Source: Octopus sinensis (taxonomy: Eukaryota). Taken from it: a stretch of DNA of 64,000 nt. The stretch covers positions 18,352,001 to 18,416,000 of the forward strand of contig NC_042999.1 in the NCBI RefSeq assembly GCF_006345805.1, written 5' to 3'. The translations under genes were made by a program, and so were the position numbers. The notes under the pieces were generated by a model. The model searched no databases. It had not been told where the DNA came from and saw only the letters and a program-made list of their open reading frames with translations. Shown one piece after another: positions 27,311 to 41,512 of the stretch (positions are counted from its first letter, which is position 1; every line of letters begins with the position of its first letter).

Positions 27311-29330
27311 ACCATAGCCGAGAATGAAGTCGATGAAGTCGACTATTACACGACCCGAAAATATGTTGCCATGTGTCTAAATGTGAAGCAATTAATTTTA
27401 CCGTATCAATTCATATCTTCATCAAGGGTGTTTCATTTTCTCCTACTGTAGTTAGGATTGAGAAATATTCTGTAGTACGTTGAAGGTGGATAAATTTTGT
27501 ACTACACAATATAATGTAACTGGCTGGAATATGTAAAATGGAAGGACTATGGAGAGTACTATTAAATATTGGACTTTAGGATCAGAAGTTAACACTCTCA
27601 CGTAGCCCTCTGAGTGCATGGAAATGTGACTAAATTTCCACGTTATGTAAATAAGGAAGAGGGGTTACTTAATGCGATTCTTCACCTAAATTAACTTACA
27701 AATTGCACTTAAAGGGAAACAAAGGGTAACATGATATGAACCATCCTTTTTTTGTGGTTTTCATAACTTAGCTTTACTTCATGCTCTAAAACCAATATAC
27801 CGTATAAAATATGTTTTATATGTGAATGTGGCGTGTGTGTGAGAGAGAAAGAGAGAGAGACAGGCACAGAGAGAGAGAGAGTGTGTGTGAGAGACAGGCA
27901 GACAGCAAAAGAAAGGGAAAGATTGAGGAAACGATGGGTAGGTGGTAATATGTTTGTCAAATGTAATGTTAAGAAAGATATCAACAGTAGCGAAATTGCG
28001 TAAAATTGTAATAAGATACTTTTCGAAATAATCATGCATGCAGCTAAATATGGCGTTATTAGTTTTCTTCCAATTGTGAGTTGAATTTCCACGGAATTTA
28101 TTTCATATTCAACATGTTTAGTTTAGTGTGGGTGTCTGTAAGAAATTCAAGATAATAACATTTGTCAAAAATATATTTTTAAAAATTCCATGTTGCAAGA
28201 ATTTAAAAATAACCATGTAGGGTGATTTTAAAAATCATATCAAAGCAAATTATTGGTATGAATATAATAATATTAATATTAAAAATAAATAGCAAAATAT
28301 AATCAATTATACAAATAGTATTGCTAAAGAGAAAGAATTAATGTTAGCATAATAGAAAATGACAAAAAGAACAGAAATTCACTTGAAATAGAAGCGAACA
28401 TATACACAAGAAACGATGAACAGAATTGGGTTTGAAAACAATCAATCACCTTGAAAGCAAAACACGGGCGATCTAGCAGTAAACAAGAGGCCCATACTCG
28501 TAAACATGACATTGCCTTTGAAGGATCGCCTAAGAATATATATCTTAGATGAGAACAGTTATGTGACAACAGTATATAAATAAGGCAAATATAAAACACA
28601 GCCCTAGTTAAACAGACTGTGCCATGCAAATATTTACATAACGACATAGAAAAATAAAGAAATAGATGGGAATGTGTAACGCAAACTATAAACGGTATTG
28701 TGACAAACAGGAAATAGTTTAGCATCTATCGAAATATCGTGATGAAGAAACAGAATTCGAAAAGAGATCCTATTAGGGGACGGAGATGCAATGCAAAGAT
28801 AAATCATATGAAAACTGACGAAAAGAAAAGAAATTGTTTACGGAAGGTAAAGAAATTGTTTACGAAAAGTAATTGCTTGAATGAACAGGAGCCAGATATA
28901 CATACACGTAGAAGATACTTAACAGAAATGAAGTAAAGATTATGAAGAGTTACAAAAACCACGTTAAAAGTGAAGTCGTACAATATTTAAAAATCGCAAA
29001 CTGTATATGTAAATTACACCGATGAAATCTACAGCTTACAGAGCATAGAAAACTGATAAGCCAAAGAAATTAGTGAACAACAAAGAGATGTTTCGGGAAG
29101 ATTACCACCAACTTCATCGAGAATTACATAAGAAAACTCTACTTACAGGATCCAGTAAGAAATAGAACACTCCAAAAGAAAATCCCTCCAAAAGCAATGA
29201 GACGAAATAAGAAGAAAAACAGGTGATTAGGCACTAATAAAATTGGAATACTTAAAAGCGGATGATACAATCGAATCCAGATTGGGTAAACCAATTAGTG
29301 ATCATCCACAACACTTAATATACAAAACTC

Positions 29331-29746
29331 GGATCTTTTCGGTTTGAACGGCAGTCTTTTAAAATAATTTCCACGTAACTAAACACTTTTAAGCTTCGTA
29401 TACTTGTAGAAAATGTTTATTAAGCATCTTTTTCTCTTGGCTTTATTGAGAAAATTCTATGGTTTGTAAGATATTTGTTGTTTTATTTTTCATTTCTGCA
29501 ATTTCAACCAATCAATGACGTCTATTGAGGTAAAAAACATTCTGTGCCGTATGAATATGTCCCTTGTTTAAGAAACAGATTGGGTTTATTTACATTTCTG
29601 AAGAAAAAAAGATACCCTTCCCACCACTCCTAACCCTAAGCCTAAAACAGATTGAAATGCAATAGATCGATACTAGGGTCATAAATATGGGTGACAATTT
29701 CATATGACACCGCTAGAAAAAACTGCCGTTCAAACCGAAAAGATCC
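29331..29746. mobile_element. MITE with 25-bp perfect TIRs
   Basis: GGATCTTTTCGGTTTGAACGGCAGT (29331-29355) and its exact reverse complement (29722-29746). No ORF. TSD unclear (possible AACT). Confidence 0.85.
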
Positions 29747-30453
29747 CCGAACTCCTGTTAAAATCAATGTGTTTTATGCAAGTTGATAAGCAAATGGTTT
29801 AAGAGATTTGTAAGAAAGTAATCACTTGCGAATTTTAGAAACAGGGGTAAAACAACGTAAATAATATCTAGATGCTAGAAGGCTTAAAGTGCTGGGCTAT
29901 ATCGCTGTAAAATTACGTACCGCTAAACTGGAAGAATATTGTTAGAAATAGTAAAAAGTGAATGATGCCTAGCTGCTCTGCGAAATAGTGCACTTGTAAT
30001 TGTTTTCTTACTCTGGAATTAATCCATGGTCACTAATAAACTTAGAATTCAGGAAATGCTGTGTATCAAATTTTATAGTATATGGAAAATTAATTCCGTC
30101 AGGATTTGTATACAAATGTAAATATTCCAAGTTTATCACTTTCAAAAGTTGAATTCTGACTGTCGCCTTTCTTATTAAGAAGAACACTACTTAAAAATAA
30201 AATGATCGAAAAGGCAGGGATAATCCTCTTTAACACTAAGCTGCATATTAAGTTACATCCCATGTGCAGAGAACGTCCGCATATTTTCTGTGATGGAAAG
30301 TAATTCTGAAATTATAATAGAAAATAATTTTAGATTAAAGGTTAAGTATAATGTTAGATTAAAAATTTGGTATCTTATGATACTGATTAAATAGTATATG
30401 GAATGTCGACAGCATTTTATGTGTATGTGTATGAGTGTGTGTGTGTGGGGGGG

Positions 30454-30610
30454 GGCAGATACGTAGCTTTGTGGTGAGAAGCTGGCTTCCCAAGCACATG
30501 GTTTAAGGTTCAGTCCCACTACATGCTACCTTGTAAGAATGTCTTCTACCGTAATCTCGAGCCGACCAAAACCTCGTGAGTGGATATGGTAGACAGAAAC
30601 TGAAAGGCGC

Positions 30611-30612
<2 letters not shown>
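30454..30612 (+). mobile_element. SINE family 1, 5' half
   Basis: Degenerate head through GAAACTGAAAG, then (TA)n(TG)n. Confidence 0.75.
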
Positions 30613-30703
<91 letters not shown>

Positions 30704-30704
30704 C

Positions 30705-30737
<33 letters not shown>

Positions 30738-31139
30738 ACTTATAAACAAGAGCAAAAGAAAATGATTTCTATGCCAAAATGCTGATAACAGACTTTAATT
30801 CGTCAATTTCCACATATTATACCCATACACACACACACATATATGTGTGTGTAGTTGATTTTGTGCATGTGTGGATAAATGTTAGAATATATGCAAAGTC
30901 TATTGTTATTGAACTCAGTCTGCTAGCGCAAAAGAATATACAATGCATGACATTGAACAGACGATGTGAGAGGATTGGAAAAAAGTGGAAGAAGAATGCT
31001 TGGTTCCTACAGCACACCAGTTTTAATATAGGAAACTGCAATATTGTAATTAGATAAAAAGATTGGCAGTATAATGCCACATTGACAGACAAATATTGTT
31101 TTATGTCTTCAATTTGTAACAGAAAGAATATTCTTTTCT

Positions 31140-31470
31140 ACTCTAGGAACAAAACCCAAACTTTGGTGGGAGGGGACCAGTCGCTTAGATCGACTGGTAC
31201 TTAATTATCGACCCCGAAGGGGTGAAAGCAAAATCGACGTCGATGGAATTTAGACTCAGAACGTAGGACAGTCGAAATACCTATTTCTTTACTACCCACA
31301 AGGGGCTAAACACAGAGAAGACAAACAAGGACAGACAAACGGACTGAGTCGATTATATCGACTCCATTGCGTAACTGGTACTTATTTAATCGACCCCGAA
31401 AGGATGAAAGCAAAATCGGCCTCGGTGGAATTGGGACTCAGAACGTAAAGACAATCGAAATACAGCTAAG
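31140..31470 (-). mobile_element. SINE family 2 with internal partial tandem
   Basis: ATCGACCCCGAA(A/G)GG.TGAAAGCAAAATCG occurs twice. Confidence 0.8.
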
Positions 31471-32751
31471 CATAAAAAATAATAAAAACTTTGCTTTAAA
31501 TTTACAGGGAACATTGTACATGGTTAATATACATAGGCATTCTTCTGCAGATGCCCATAAATGAATCATTAAAACCCAAATTTCAAAACCGGCAACTTAC
31601 TTCAAAGTAAATGCATACAAATAAATATAATCAGAAAGAAAAGAGAAACGTGAGCAATGGTGGAAATAAACTTAAAATACATTGATGGACAATTCAGAAA
31701 TCGATTATGAAACTGAATTACAAATACCCACTGGAAAAGATAAGTCATTCTCCTGTGATGTTTCCACAATTCTAACCAATGCCTCCTTAGACACAATTTT
31801 TTTTTCATGTTTATTCTTTCTTCTTGCTATTTTCTTTCAGACTTTCTAAAGCCAAAGATTTTAAGTGATTTTTACTGCTACGCATGTAGCATCTAGGATT
31901 CTGCTTCGAATCACAGAGTTAATGCATCATTTGCTGTTTCTGTGAATTGCATGCTCCCTGTATCTTTTGTTAATGCATTCTTTTGCGTTTTGGGGGAGTG
32001 TGGATAAAATCAGGGAGACTTGTATGGAGAAAAACCACAGATCACCCCGCGTCCGTTTGCGCTGATCAGCAACCACTTTTCTTTTCATGGACGAAACTAT
32101 AAACTAGCGATCACGTTCATTAGCTTTGTATTCTTTGTTTATAGATACTGCAGAATTATCACGTGTTCTACATTTAACACATTCGCTCACTACACAATCA
32201 TTCAGTCGCTGCTATGAGAGTAACGCACTAAGTCCTATGTGAACAAGTTTTTCAGATGAAATAGATTCCGTTTCTTTAACTGTAAGGGAAGTGACCATGC
32301 TCTCTTTAAAGGAAACAACCAAATTCTTTATTGATTTAGAGACACACAATGATAAATGATACATGAGACATATTATCTCATTCTTGTGTACTCTTCAGCC
32401 AGCAAAAAATTCCATCGCAAAGTAAGATTTCGATTGTTGAATGATAAAACTTCTAATACAGATAAAAAAAAACATGTAAAATATATATTACATACCAGAA
32501 ATTATAAAATAAAGCAGGCTAAGTAGATATCAAACTGACCATCCCTTGAACCTGAAGGTGGTTCACAGTTTTACAGTAAAATGTTGTAACATCAATAGTT
32601 TAAATGCTCGGCTTTTTTAATGAACACATAAGCAAACATTACAAAATAAAGACCATTGTTAATGAAGGTGATTAAAAAAAATATCAGGAAAATAATTAGT
32701 AAATTTAGCCTTATTATATGTTTGCTATTCATTACGAAATTGCCCAAAATT

Positions 32752-33132
32752 ATCTGTCTCAAGGACAGACAAACGGAGTACGTCGATTATATCGACCCCA
32801 GTGCGTAACTGGTACTTATTTAATAGACCCCGAAAGGATGAGAGACAAAGTCGACCTCGGCGGAATTTGAACTCAGGACGTAACGGCAGACGAAATACCT
32901 ATATCTTTACTACTCACAAGGGACTAAACACAGAGGGGACAAACAAAGACAGACAAACGGATGAAGTCGATTATATCGACCCCAGTGCGTAACTGGTACT
33001 TATTTAATCGACCCCGAAAGGATGAAAAGCAAAGTCGATCTCGGCGGAACTTGAACTTAGGACGTAGCGGTAGACGAAATACCGCTAAGCATTTCGCCTG
33101 GGCGTGCTAACATTCCTGCCAGCTCGTCGCCC
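32752..33132 (-). mobile_element. SINE family 2 with internal partial tandem
   Basis: CGACCCCGAAAGGATGA occurs twice; ends in the head sequence GCCAGCTCGTCGCC. Confidence 0.85.
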
Positions 33133-34051
33133 TATATAAACGATATATATATATATCACAAATGAAATGGCTCGTAAACAATGCATTTGGGGCGAAGAAA
33201 ATGACACAATTCATGAAAAATTTATTGTATATAATCACGTTACAATACTATGAAGTAAATTTTGTGCGTTCAATCCATAATTGACAACAAATACTATACC
33301 TTAATTCGTCTACAATATAAGAAACGTAATTATCTCGCTATAAATTGACACAACGCACATATATATTCTGTGCAGATAAAAAATTAACGCTAGAAAAAAA
33401 CATCAAATTACCTGCTGTAAGCTATTTTCATCGTGAGAGCTTTTAAATTAGGAGGTTGCAGTAATGTAAGTAAAACATTCTTCCTTCCTCTTCACACAAC
33501 ACTCACACTTTCAAATTTCATTTTTTTCAGCTCTCTGATGAGTCTCTTATAAGTTATCGTATGTCAATCAGCCTTAGTAAATACCCATACGAGCAAATTT
33601 CACTTTGTATCCTCTCAAACTTTAATACATATTGCAGAAGATCTTTCCTATATGTTTTTGAGTTACTACTGCAGAGTATCTGAATAACATTCGCACTAAT
33701 ATTTGCAGTGTCTGTAATTCCTTACCCTATTAAAAATGTTATTTTAATTTATCTCCTCTGTTAAATTATAATACTTATCGTGTTCAGAGTCACTTAAGGA
33801 GGTTTAACTCCTCCACATATTATACATTAGTTTATCAAATATTTTGGATTTTCGTTTACATTTCACTGGCTTCGCTCAAAAATTTTATTTTCCTTCTAAT
33901 CACCCATATCTCAATCCATTACATCAGCTATCATTGCAACTTCTAAGAATATTTTCATAGAAGAGTCTTATGTTCTGCATATATCTCTTCGTTCAAAAGC
34001 ATAAGGAGGATGAAATTTGTGAATGAATAAAACAATATTAGAGAGATATTG

Positions 34052-34493
34052 GGAGTAGGAGTGGCTGTGTGGTAAGTAGTTTGCTTACCAACCACATTGC
34101 TCCGGGTTCAGTCCCACTGCGTGGCAACTTGAGCAAGTATCTTCTACTAAAACCTCGGGCCGACCAAAGCTTTGTGAGTGGATTTGGTAGAGGGAAACTG
34201 AAAGAAGCCCGTCGTATTTATGTATTTATATATATATGTGTGTGAGCTTGAGTGCGTGTGTGTGGGGGTGCGTATATTTGTGTGTCTGTGTGTCCCCCCC
34301 AACATCGCTTGACAACCGATGCTGGTGTGTTTACATCCCCGTAACTTAGCGGTTCGGCAAAAGAGACCGATAGAATAAGTACTAGGCTTACAAAGAATAG
34401 ATCCAGGAGTCGATTTGCTCGACTAAAGGCGGTGCTTCAGCATGGCCGCAGTCAAATGGTTGAAACAAGTAGAAGAGTAAAAGAGTAAAAGAG
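34052..34493 (+). mobile_element. SINE family 1, full length
   Basis: Head AGGAGTGGCTGTGTGGTAAG through (AAAAGAGT) tail. Confidence 0.9.
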
Positions 34494-34734
34494 ATATATC
34501 ATGAATTTAACTCTGTCCTATTTAAATATTCTTAGAAAATTCAATGATAACCAGTGTAATGAAAATCCATTTCCGCATAGGCATGTGCGTTTAGACATGT
34601 ATATATACAGGGTACGGTGAATAAATTGTGGTCTAAATTAAACAAAAATGAAAGTAACATTGACATCTGATTTTAAGAAATATATTTGCCAAAAGTACAT
34701 AAAAATATCTTGAAATTCTATAGAGTAAATGTAT

Positions 34735-34987
34735 TCAATTAAATCGCCATTGGGTTCTACCACGGCCTCCAGATGGCTTCGGAATATCATGCAAATCTTC
34801 TGGACTGTCTCCTTGTTTCAGTTGATTTGGCACCATCTGGCTATAGTCAGTTCCCAACAATAGATAAAAAGTGCTGGGAATCAGTATCACAGTGATGATA
34901 GCGTCATATCGCGGGTTGATGAGAATTTTCATCAACAGGATGAGCGCTTCTTCGCGTAGGAAAGAAGCCTGTAGACCGTATAGGAAT
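34735..34987 (-). other. Candidate terminal exon (unidentified)
   Basis: CTAAT branch-like motif, TTTACTTTTCCAACATAG acceptor, then an 83-codon open frame to TGA at 34735-34737. No recognisable domain. Confidence 0.25.
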
Positions 34988-35419
34988 CTATGTTGGAAAA
35001 GTAAACCTCATTAGGTAACATTCTATGAGAGTATCTTGGTCAGTTCATGAACTCTTCAACCGAACCTTCTACACATACATACATACACACATACATACTT
35101 GTACATATGTATGTGTGTATGTATGTATGCATGTATGCAATGTTCTTGTATATCAACAAATATATATTAGCTTTCTAAGGACACATGTAGGTACTTATGA
35201 ACTTGGATCAAACTGTGAGGAGAATTACATACGAATGACGAACATAAATGGAAATGTCAGTGATTAAATCTTAATTGATAATCCACATATCTGTCTGCAA
35301 TGTCTTTGCAAACTTCTGCGACTACGTTTTCTTCAACTGATTCCTGCAAAACCATTATTCCTTGGAATTACGGTGATTAAATCTGCGCCAAATATATTAT
35401 GGAATATCACTTGAATTAA

Positions 35420-35464
35420 TACCAGCACACAAACACACGCACGCACACACTCAAACTCACACGT

Positions 35465-35496
<32 letters not shown>

Positions 35497-35671
35497 CACA
35501 CACACACACACACACGCGTACGCACAAAAACACATACGAACACACGCGCATACATACGAACACTGATATACGCATATGTATATACATATACATACGTAGA
35601 TAGTTGTATGTATATAAGTATATATGTGTACATAAAGATGCATGCATATATGCGCACACAGACATATATAC

Positions 35672-35710
<39 letters not shown>

Positions 35711-35732
35711 TATATATAAGTATATATATAAG

Positions 35733-35802
<70 letters not shown>
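35420..35802. repeat. (CA)n/(TA)n microsatellite
   Basis: Directly visible. Confidence 0.95.
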
Positions 35803-35807
<5 letters not shown>

Positions 35808-37909
35808 TTGCTACATTAACTACTAGCCATCTTCCATCTATAAAATGTTGGCGTCTTATATAGTAGAATGACCTTTGTATGAAATTGGAAAGAATCATGA
35901 ATTGAAAATAAGATTACAAGGACTGGAAGAACGAAAGAAAAAAATCTAAACAATAAAGAAAATTATTACAGTGTTATAGACAAGGAAGGAATCAGTTTTG
36001 ACATTAGGACCTGATCTGACAAGATATGTTTCAAAATTTTCCATGCAAGGCCATCTTCAAATGTTAATGCTTCGTCCAAATTCTCATATTTTTGACCTGT
36101 ATAGGTCTTAGTTTAATCTAAAATAAGATTCTCATGTTCTTTCTCGAAATTATGAATACTAAAATTGACTCTTCATATAGTTCATTTTAATGTGGAATAG
36201 TATTGTCTTTTATTTCTTATCGGCAGTATAAATAAATTAAAATTTATTTGTAGTCAATCTTTTCTCCGATACAGCGTACTCGTTTGGCGCTGTGTTGCCT
36301 CTATTTTGTATGTTGGTAGAAACGGCTCTCAAAAGCAGCTGCCGTTTGTTGCTTTATTGCTACTCATTATGCCATAGGCGATAGTAAACCTACCTGAAGC
36401 ACATATATCCGACACAACCACTAAAATTACATTACTTGAGTTGATAAGCGAAATTGAGTTTGTATTTACATGCCAAAAACTAAAATTGTAAGTGTTCACA
36501 TGTATTAGAAAGCTAAGATACCTTTTCCTCTTTACTTTTGGATATAAAATAATTGTGTTGTATAGCTTTCAATGCGTATTTATTTCTTACGTGACTTACA
36601 GTAGAGTACATTTCTCACTAAAACTATTCACGCATATTTACAAAAAATATATATCTAAAAGTATACATATGCGGAATAAATGTTTATTTCTAGTAGGAAT
36701 TGTTAATTTTTTATCCTATCAACACTCGATATCACTCTATATCACTAGCTCTTCTTCTGTGTAAAAAACAATCATCAAATATTTAGATTTAATAGAAGAC
36801 TTGAAATACTTCCTTCTATCAATACAAAGCTATACATTTAGGAAGAGGTGTTAGTCAATTATTCTAATCCTAGTATTTGACTTGTACTTATTTTATCGAT
36901 CCCAACATAATGAAAGGCAAAGCTGACCAGGGTGATATTTCACCTTACACTGCGAAGCCGGATATAATGTCACTAAGCATTTGGGCCGGTATGATAGCGA
37001 TTGTGCTAGCAGGCAGCTTAATATGATCGCTTCTACAAGAAGCAAGCGGCCTGAAACATTGGAGAAGGTGACTAATCGATTAGATCGACCCTTATGCTTC
37101 ATTGATACTTATTTTATTTACCTCGGAAGGAGGAAAAACAACGTCGACTCCGGTGGTATTTGAATTGAAAAAGTAAAATCGTATCAAGTGACGCTACGCA
37201 TTTTGTCCAGAGCGATAACCATTCTACCAGCTCACCGCTTGAAATCATAATTCGAAATATATAGTATATAACCTCAAATTTAATATTGCAATACAGTAGC
37301 AGAATATATGCTAAATATATGTTACCAAGTCAAAATAAATGCAAAATGGACTGTATTGATTCTATGTTACTTAACTAACTTTCAACGCAGTACCTAGAGA
37401 TAATCTATTACGCATAGTAACTCTCTATAAGCAGTCAAACTTACGCAGATTATATATCAATGCACATATAAAAATCATGTCTGGTTTGCATATTTTATAG
37501 CTGTTGAACTTTATACGTAAGTTTAGAGTAGTGTATCTAAGTTTTAAGGTATTTATAAGCAATTGCTATCATGTTAAACAAGTCTCTGACTTATATATAG
37601 CAGAGCTCTACTAAATTTGCAATATTGTTTCCCCAGGGTTTGCAATAAAGATTATTTCTTTTAGTTTAACATTAATTTCAGATTAGTCTGTGCAAAACTA
37701 TGGCGCTTTAAAATTTATTTTGCATGGACACATTTTCTAAAACTTTGACTCACATGGCTTGTCCTCACTCCTACTTTAGCTTAATGCAATATATAGATAT
37801 ATGTATACAAATATATTTATGTCCGTATATACGTACCTATATACAAAAAACTGAATGTATATACATCATATATATGCATATACAAGAATAAACACTCAGA
37901 GGAACATAA

Positions 37910-37912
37910 TAT

Positions 37913-37944
<32 letters not shown>

Positions 37945-39872
37945 CTATATATATATATATATATATATATATGTCAGCTTGTGTCATCAAAAATTGCCAT
38001 ATTTCAGAACACAAAAGAGAACTAATTACCCAAAAGCAAAATATATGCACGTCACTGAGTTTGCTAAAAATCCAGTCTCACTGAGAAATATTGTGTGCTC
38101 TGAAAAGCGCTTAGAAAATGCGATGAACTCATTTTGCATTATGTGGAATGCATTTAATAAAATTTCCTGTATTGAGTTCATTTAATTTTTTTATTTCTAA
38201 AATATTTTTTGTGATCCCCGAGTCACCAAAATATATATGCATCTTTACGTATTTCTTTAATTGCTACATTTAGAATACAACCTAAAGACATGAAAAAAAA
38301 GAAACTACGTAATATCTTCAAAACGCAGGTTTTCACTGTTCAACATCAAAAATCATTCTATGAACTCGTTCATGGCTAGATGTTCTAGTTATTGAAAACA
38401 AGGTTAAAATTGCAATATATCGCTATCTCGAAAACAATACTTGTTTTCTCCTTCAAATAAATGTCACAGAACATCATTCATGTTAATTTTCTGTTTCCTT
38501 CGCGTATTTCTTTTATTATCTGTAACTGAAGTGGAAATTTTAATTCGTGCGCAATAGCTTCACATAAGTCGCATATAATTTTGACAATTGCGAGGATGAT
38601 TTTTATCGGTACTGTCAAAAGACAGTCAATGCTCAGAATAAAGTTGTTTAAATGTCAGTATAAAATCTTCATTATAAGTCTATATGTGTGAATGTGCGAG
38701 TATATGTGTGCATGTTTATAAGTTTGTCTGAACATATATGTACGCAGTGTTTTACAGCAAGATTCATGAGCCAAACACCAAGTATAAGTTTCTATAAGAG
38801 AACAGTGTATATACCTTCACTTGTAATTATATATTTATTTATATATGTATATATATATATATATATATACAAGATAAGAAAATGGATATATATATATATA
38901 ATATATATATATATATATCTATATATATATATATATATATATATATGTCAGCTTGTGTCATCAAAAATTGCCATATTTCAGAACACAAAAGAGAACTAAT
39001 TACCCAAAAGCAAAATATATGCACGTCACTGAGTTTGCTAAAAATCCAGTCTCACTGAGAAATATTGTGTGCTCTGAAAAGCGCTTAGAAAATGCGATGA
39101 ACTCATTTTGCATTATGTGGAATGCATTTAATAAAATTTCCTGTATTGAGTTCATTTAATTTTTTTATTTCTAAAATATTTTTTGTGATCCCCGAGTCAC
39201 CAAAATATATATGCATCTTTACGTATTTCTTTAATTGCTACATTTAGAATACAACCTAAAGACATGAAAAAAAAGAAACTACGTAATATCTTCAAAACGC
39301 AGGTTTTCACTGTTCAACATCAAAAATCATTCTATGAACTCGTTCATGGCTAGATGTTCTAGTTATTGAAAACAAGGTTAAAATTGCAATATATCGCTAT
39401 CTCGAAAACAATACTTGTTTTCTCCTTCAAATAAATGTCACAGAACATCATTCATGTTAATTTTCTGTTTCCTTCGCGTATTTCTTTTATTATCTGTAAC
39501 TGAAGTGGAAATTTTAATTCGTGCGCAATAGCTTCACATAAGTCGCATATAATTTTGACAATTGCGAGGATGATTTTTATCGGTACTGTCAAAAGACAGT
39601 CAATGCTCAGAATAAAGTTGTTTAAATGTCAGTATAAAATCTTCATTATAAGTCTATATGTGTGAATGTGCGAGTATATGTGTGCATGTTTATAAGTTTG
39701 TCTGAACATATATGTACGCAGTGTTTTACAGCAAGATTCATGAGCCAAACACCAAGTATAAGTTTCTATAAGAGAACAGTGTATATACCTTCACTTGTAA
39801 TTATATATTTATTTATATATGTATATATATATATATATATATACAAGATAAGAAAATGGATATATATATATA
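37910..39872 (+). repeat. Near-identical direct tandem duplication, period 974 bp
   Basis: GTCAGCTTGTGTCATC at 37973 and 38947; AAGATAAGAA at 38871 and 39845. Breakpoints lie in (TA)n. Confidence 0.95.
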
Positions 39873-40102
39873 TATGTGCAATATGTGTACAGGACGTCAC
39901 CAACAGTAAACAACATGAAGTATGAAAACAAATGAGTTAAATACGCAAATAGCGAGAGCAAAAAGGACAAGTAATACAAAGAATGACCCTTCATCAGTTG
40001 TTGGCTGTCTATCTCATTTCTTCATTTCCAGCAATCAATGACAATATGAAACTTCGAAGACAGTTGGTCCCATAAATACCAAGATAAAATTTGGGATTTT
40101 GG

Positions 40103-40133
<31 letters not shown>

Positions 40134-41182
40134 TATGTAAGGGTATAAATATATTTACAGAAAGAGAAAGACAGACCGACAGACAGACAGATATACAGAC
40201 ATATAAATAGATAGATAGATAGATAGATAAGATCCAGAGAATATAATATTTCTTTATTACATGGAAAATGCGTGCAAGAGAAATAATATTCCTAACTTTA
40301 TAAGCATGGAAAATGGCAGGACAAGTCCTTAGACGTGGAAAGGTTCAGGGCAACTTATTATAACTGCTAAAGTACAAAACGAGAAAAGTTTTACTTAAAG
40401 TATTGCAGATAAGGATAATATTTCAAATGAAATATTTAGATTTAGAAAATATTAGGTTGTTTAAAACTAAGCGTTTTGTTACAAAGTATTGCTTCTATTT
40501 GTTATTTCTTGTTACTCTATTAAAATTTAAAAAACAACTCAAACATTCATTTTTTAAATAATTAATTAATGATCAGAAATTTTAAAATAGGTTATAAAAA
40601 TAATAGTAGTACAAAATTAGTTGTTACAATAAATTGAATAATACAAAACTTAGTTATACATTGCAAGTAAAATCTAACTATAACAACTAATTCATAGCAA
40701 AATTTGATTGATTTATGACCCAAGACTTCACACTTTTCCTCTTGAGCGATTGCCTATTTTTTACATAATGAATTCACTTACCATACTGTTATACTTTTAG
40801 ATATATTGGTAATTCTGGCTCCCATTTTAAAAGTAATCTAGTATGTCAACATTTTAACAAGCTGATGGTATATTTTTAATTATAATGTTTGTATAATAAC
40901 ATCAATAATGTTTTTAATATTCAAATTTTATCCTTAGTAAACATTTTCTTGTTTTGTTTCAGATGTAATAGGTTTTCCTGATATTTTGCAAGATAATAAA
41001 AGAAATATGCGAAGGATATTAACTTGTTCAATAATTTTCCAGATATATAATCTGAAGAATATTATTTTTCTTGCTCTCATGTTTCCATGTAATCCATGTT
41101 TTCCCCAGGCTTTGCTATTATGCTAATCTATATGTCAATTGATAATGTTTCAATTAATAATGCTAATTAATAATATGCCCGT

Positions 41183-41290
41183 GGACATATGGCGTTGAGT
41201 TTAAGAGCACAGGCTACTAACCCCAAGATTCCGAGTTCGATTCCAGGCAGTGACCTGAACAATAATATTAATGATAATAATAACAAAATA

Positions 41291-41334
<44 letters not shown>

Positions 41335-41512
41335 CAACAACAACATCGGAAAATACGTTAGGAATGATAACCCAGGTACTAAATTTCCCCAAGACACCTG
41401 AAAACCTGGAGAGTATATCAGCCGAGACATTGTGTTAACAACACACAAGATGAGGACAAATATCCGTCGAATGTGAATAATGTACATAATTCCTTATCTC
41501 GTAAATAAAGAA
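41183..41512 (+). mobile_element. Composite element: tRNA-like head, (AAT)n, then pLTR-like tail with decayed hammerhead
   Basis: Head 41183-41258 with B box GAGTTCGATTCC (41233). At 41393-41436: GACAC-CTGAAAA-CCTGGAGAGTATATCAGCC-GAGA-CATT-GTGTT. The tail is homologous to 62177-62260 (minus), where GAAA is retained. Confidence 0.6.

Noticed and set aside
29625-29648. CTAACCCTAAGCCTAA telomere-like words
   Set aside because: Only 2-3 imperfect units, and they lie inside a MITE.
31685-31770. MDNSEIDYETELQIPTGKDKSFSCDV, reminiscent of octopus C2H2 zinc-finger gene starts (and GEKP at ~32025)
   Set aside because: No second Cys or His pair and no finger array follow; insufficient support.
32780-33030. 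Short recurring direct repeats that might suggest a CRISPR-like array
   Set aside because: These are partial tandem duplications inside SINE family 2; there are no regular unique spacers and the context is eukaryotic.
39960-40010. Minus-strand CTGATGA in a pLTR-like context
   Set aside because: No downstream GAAA or stem III could be found.
41183-41258. Possible tRNA gene (also 2696-2768)
   Set aside because: No intact acceptor stem or terminator, and it continues into repeat body, so it is treated as a SINE head.
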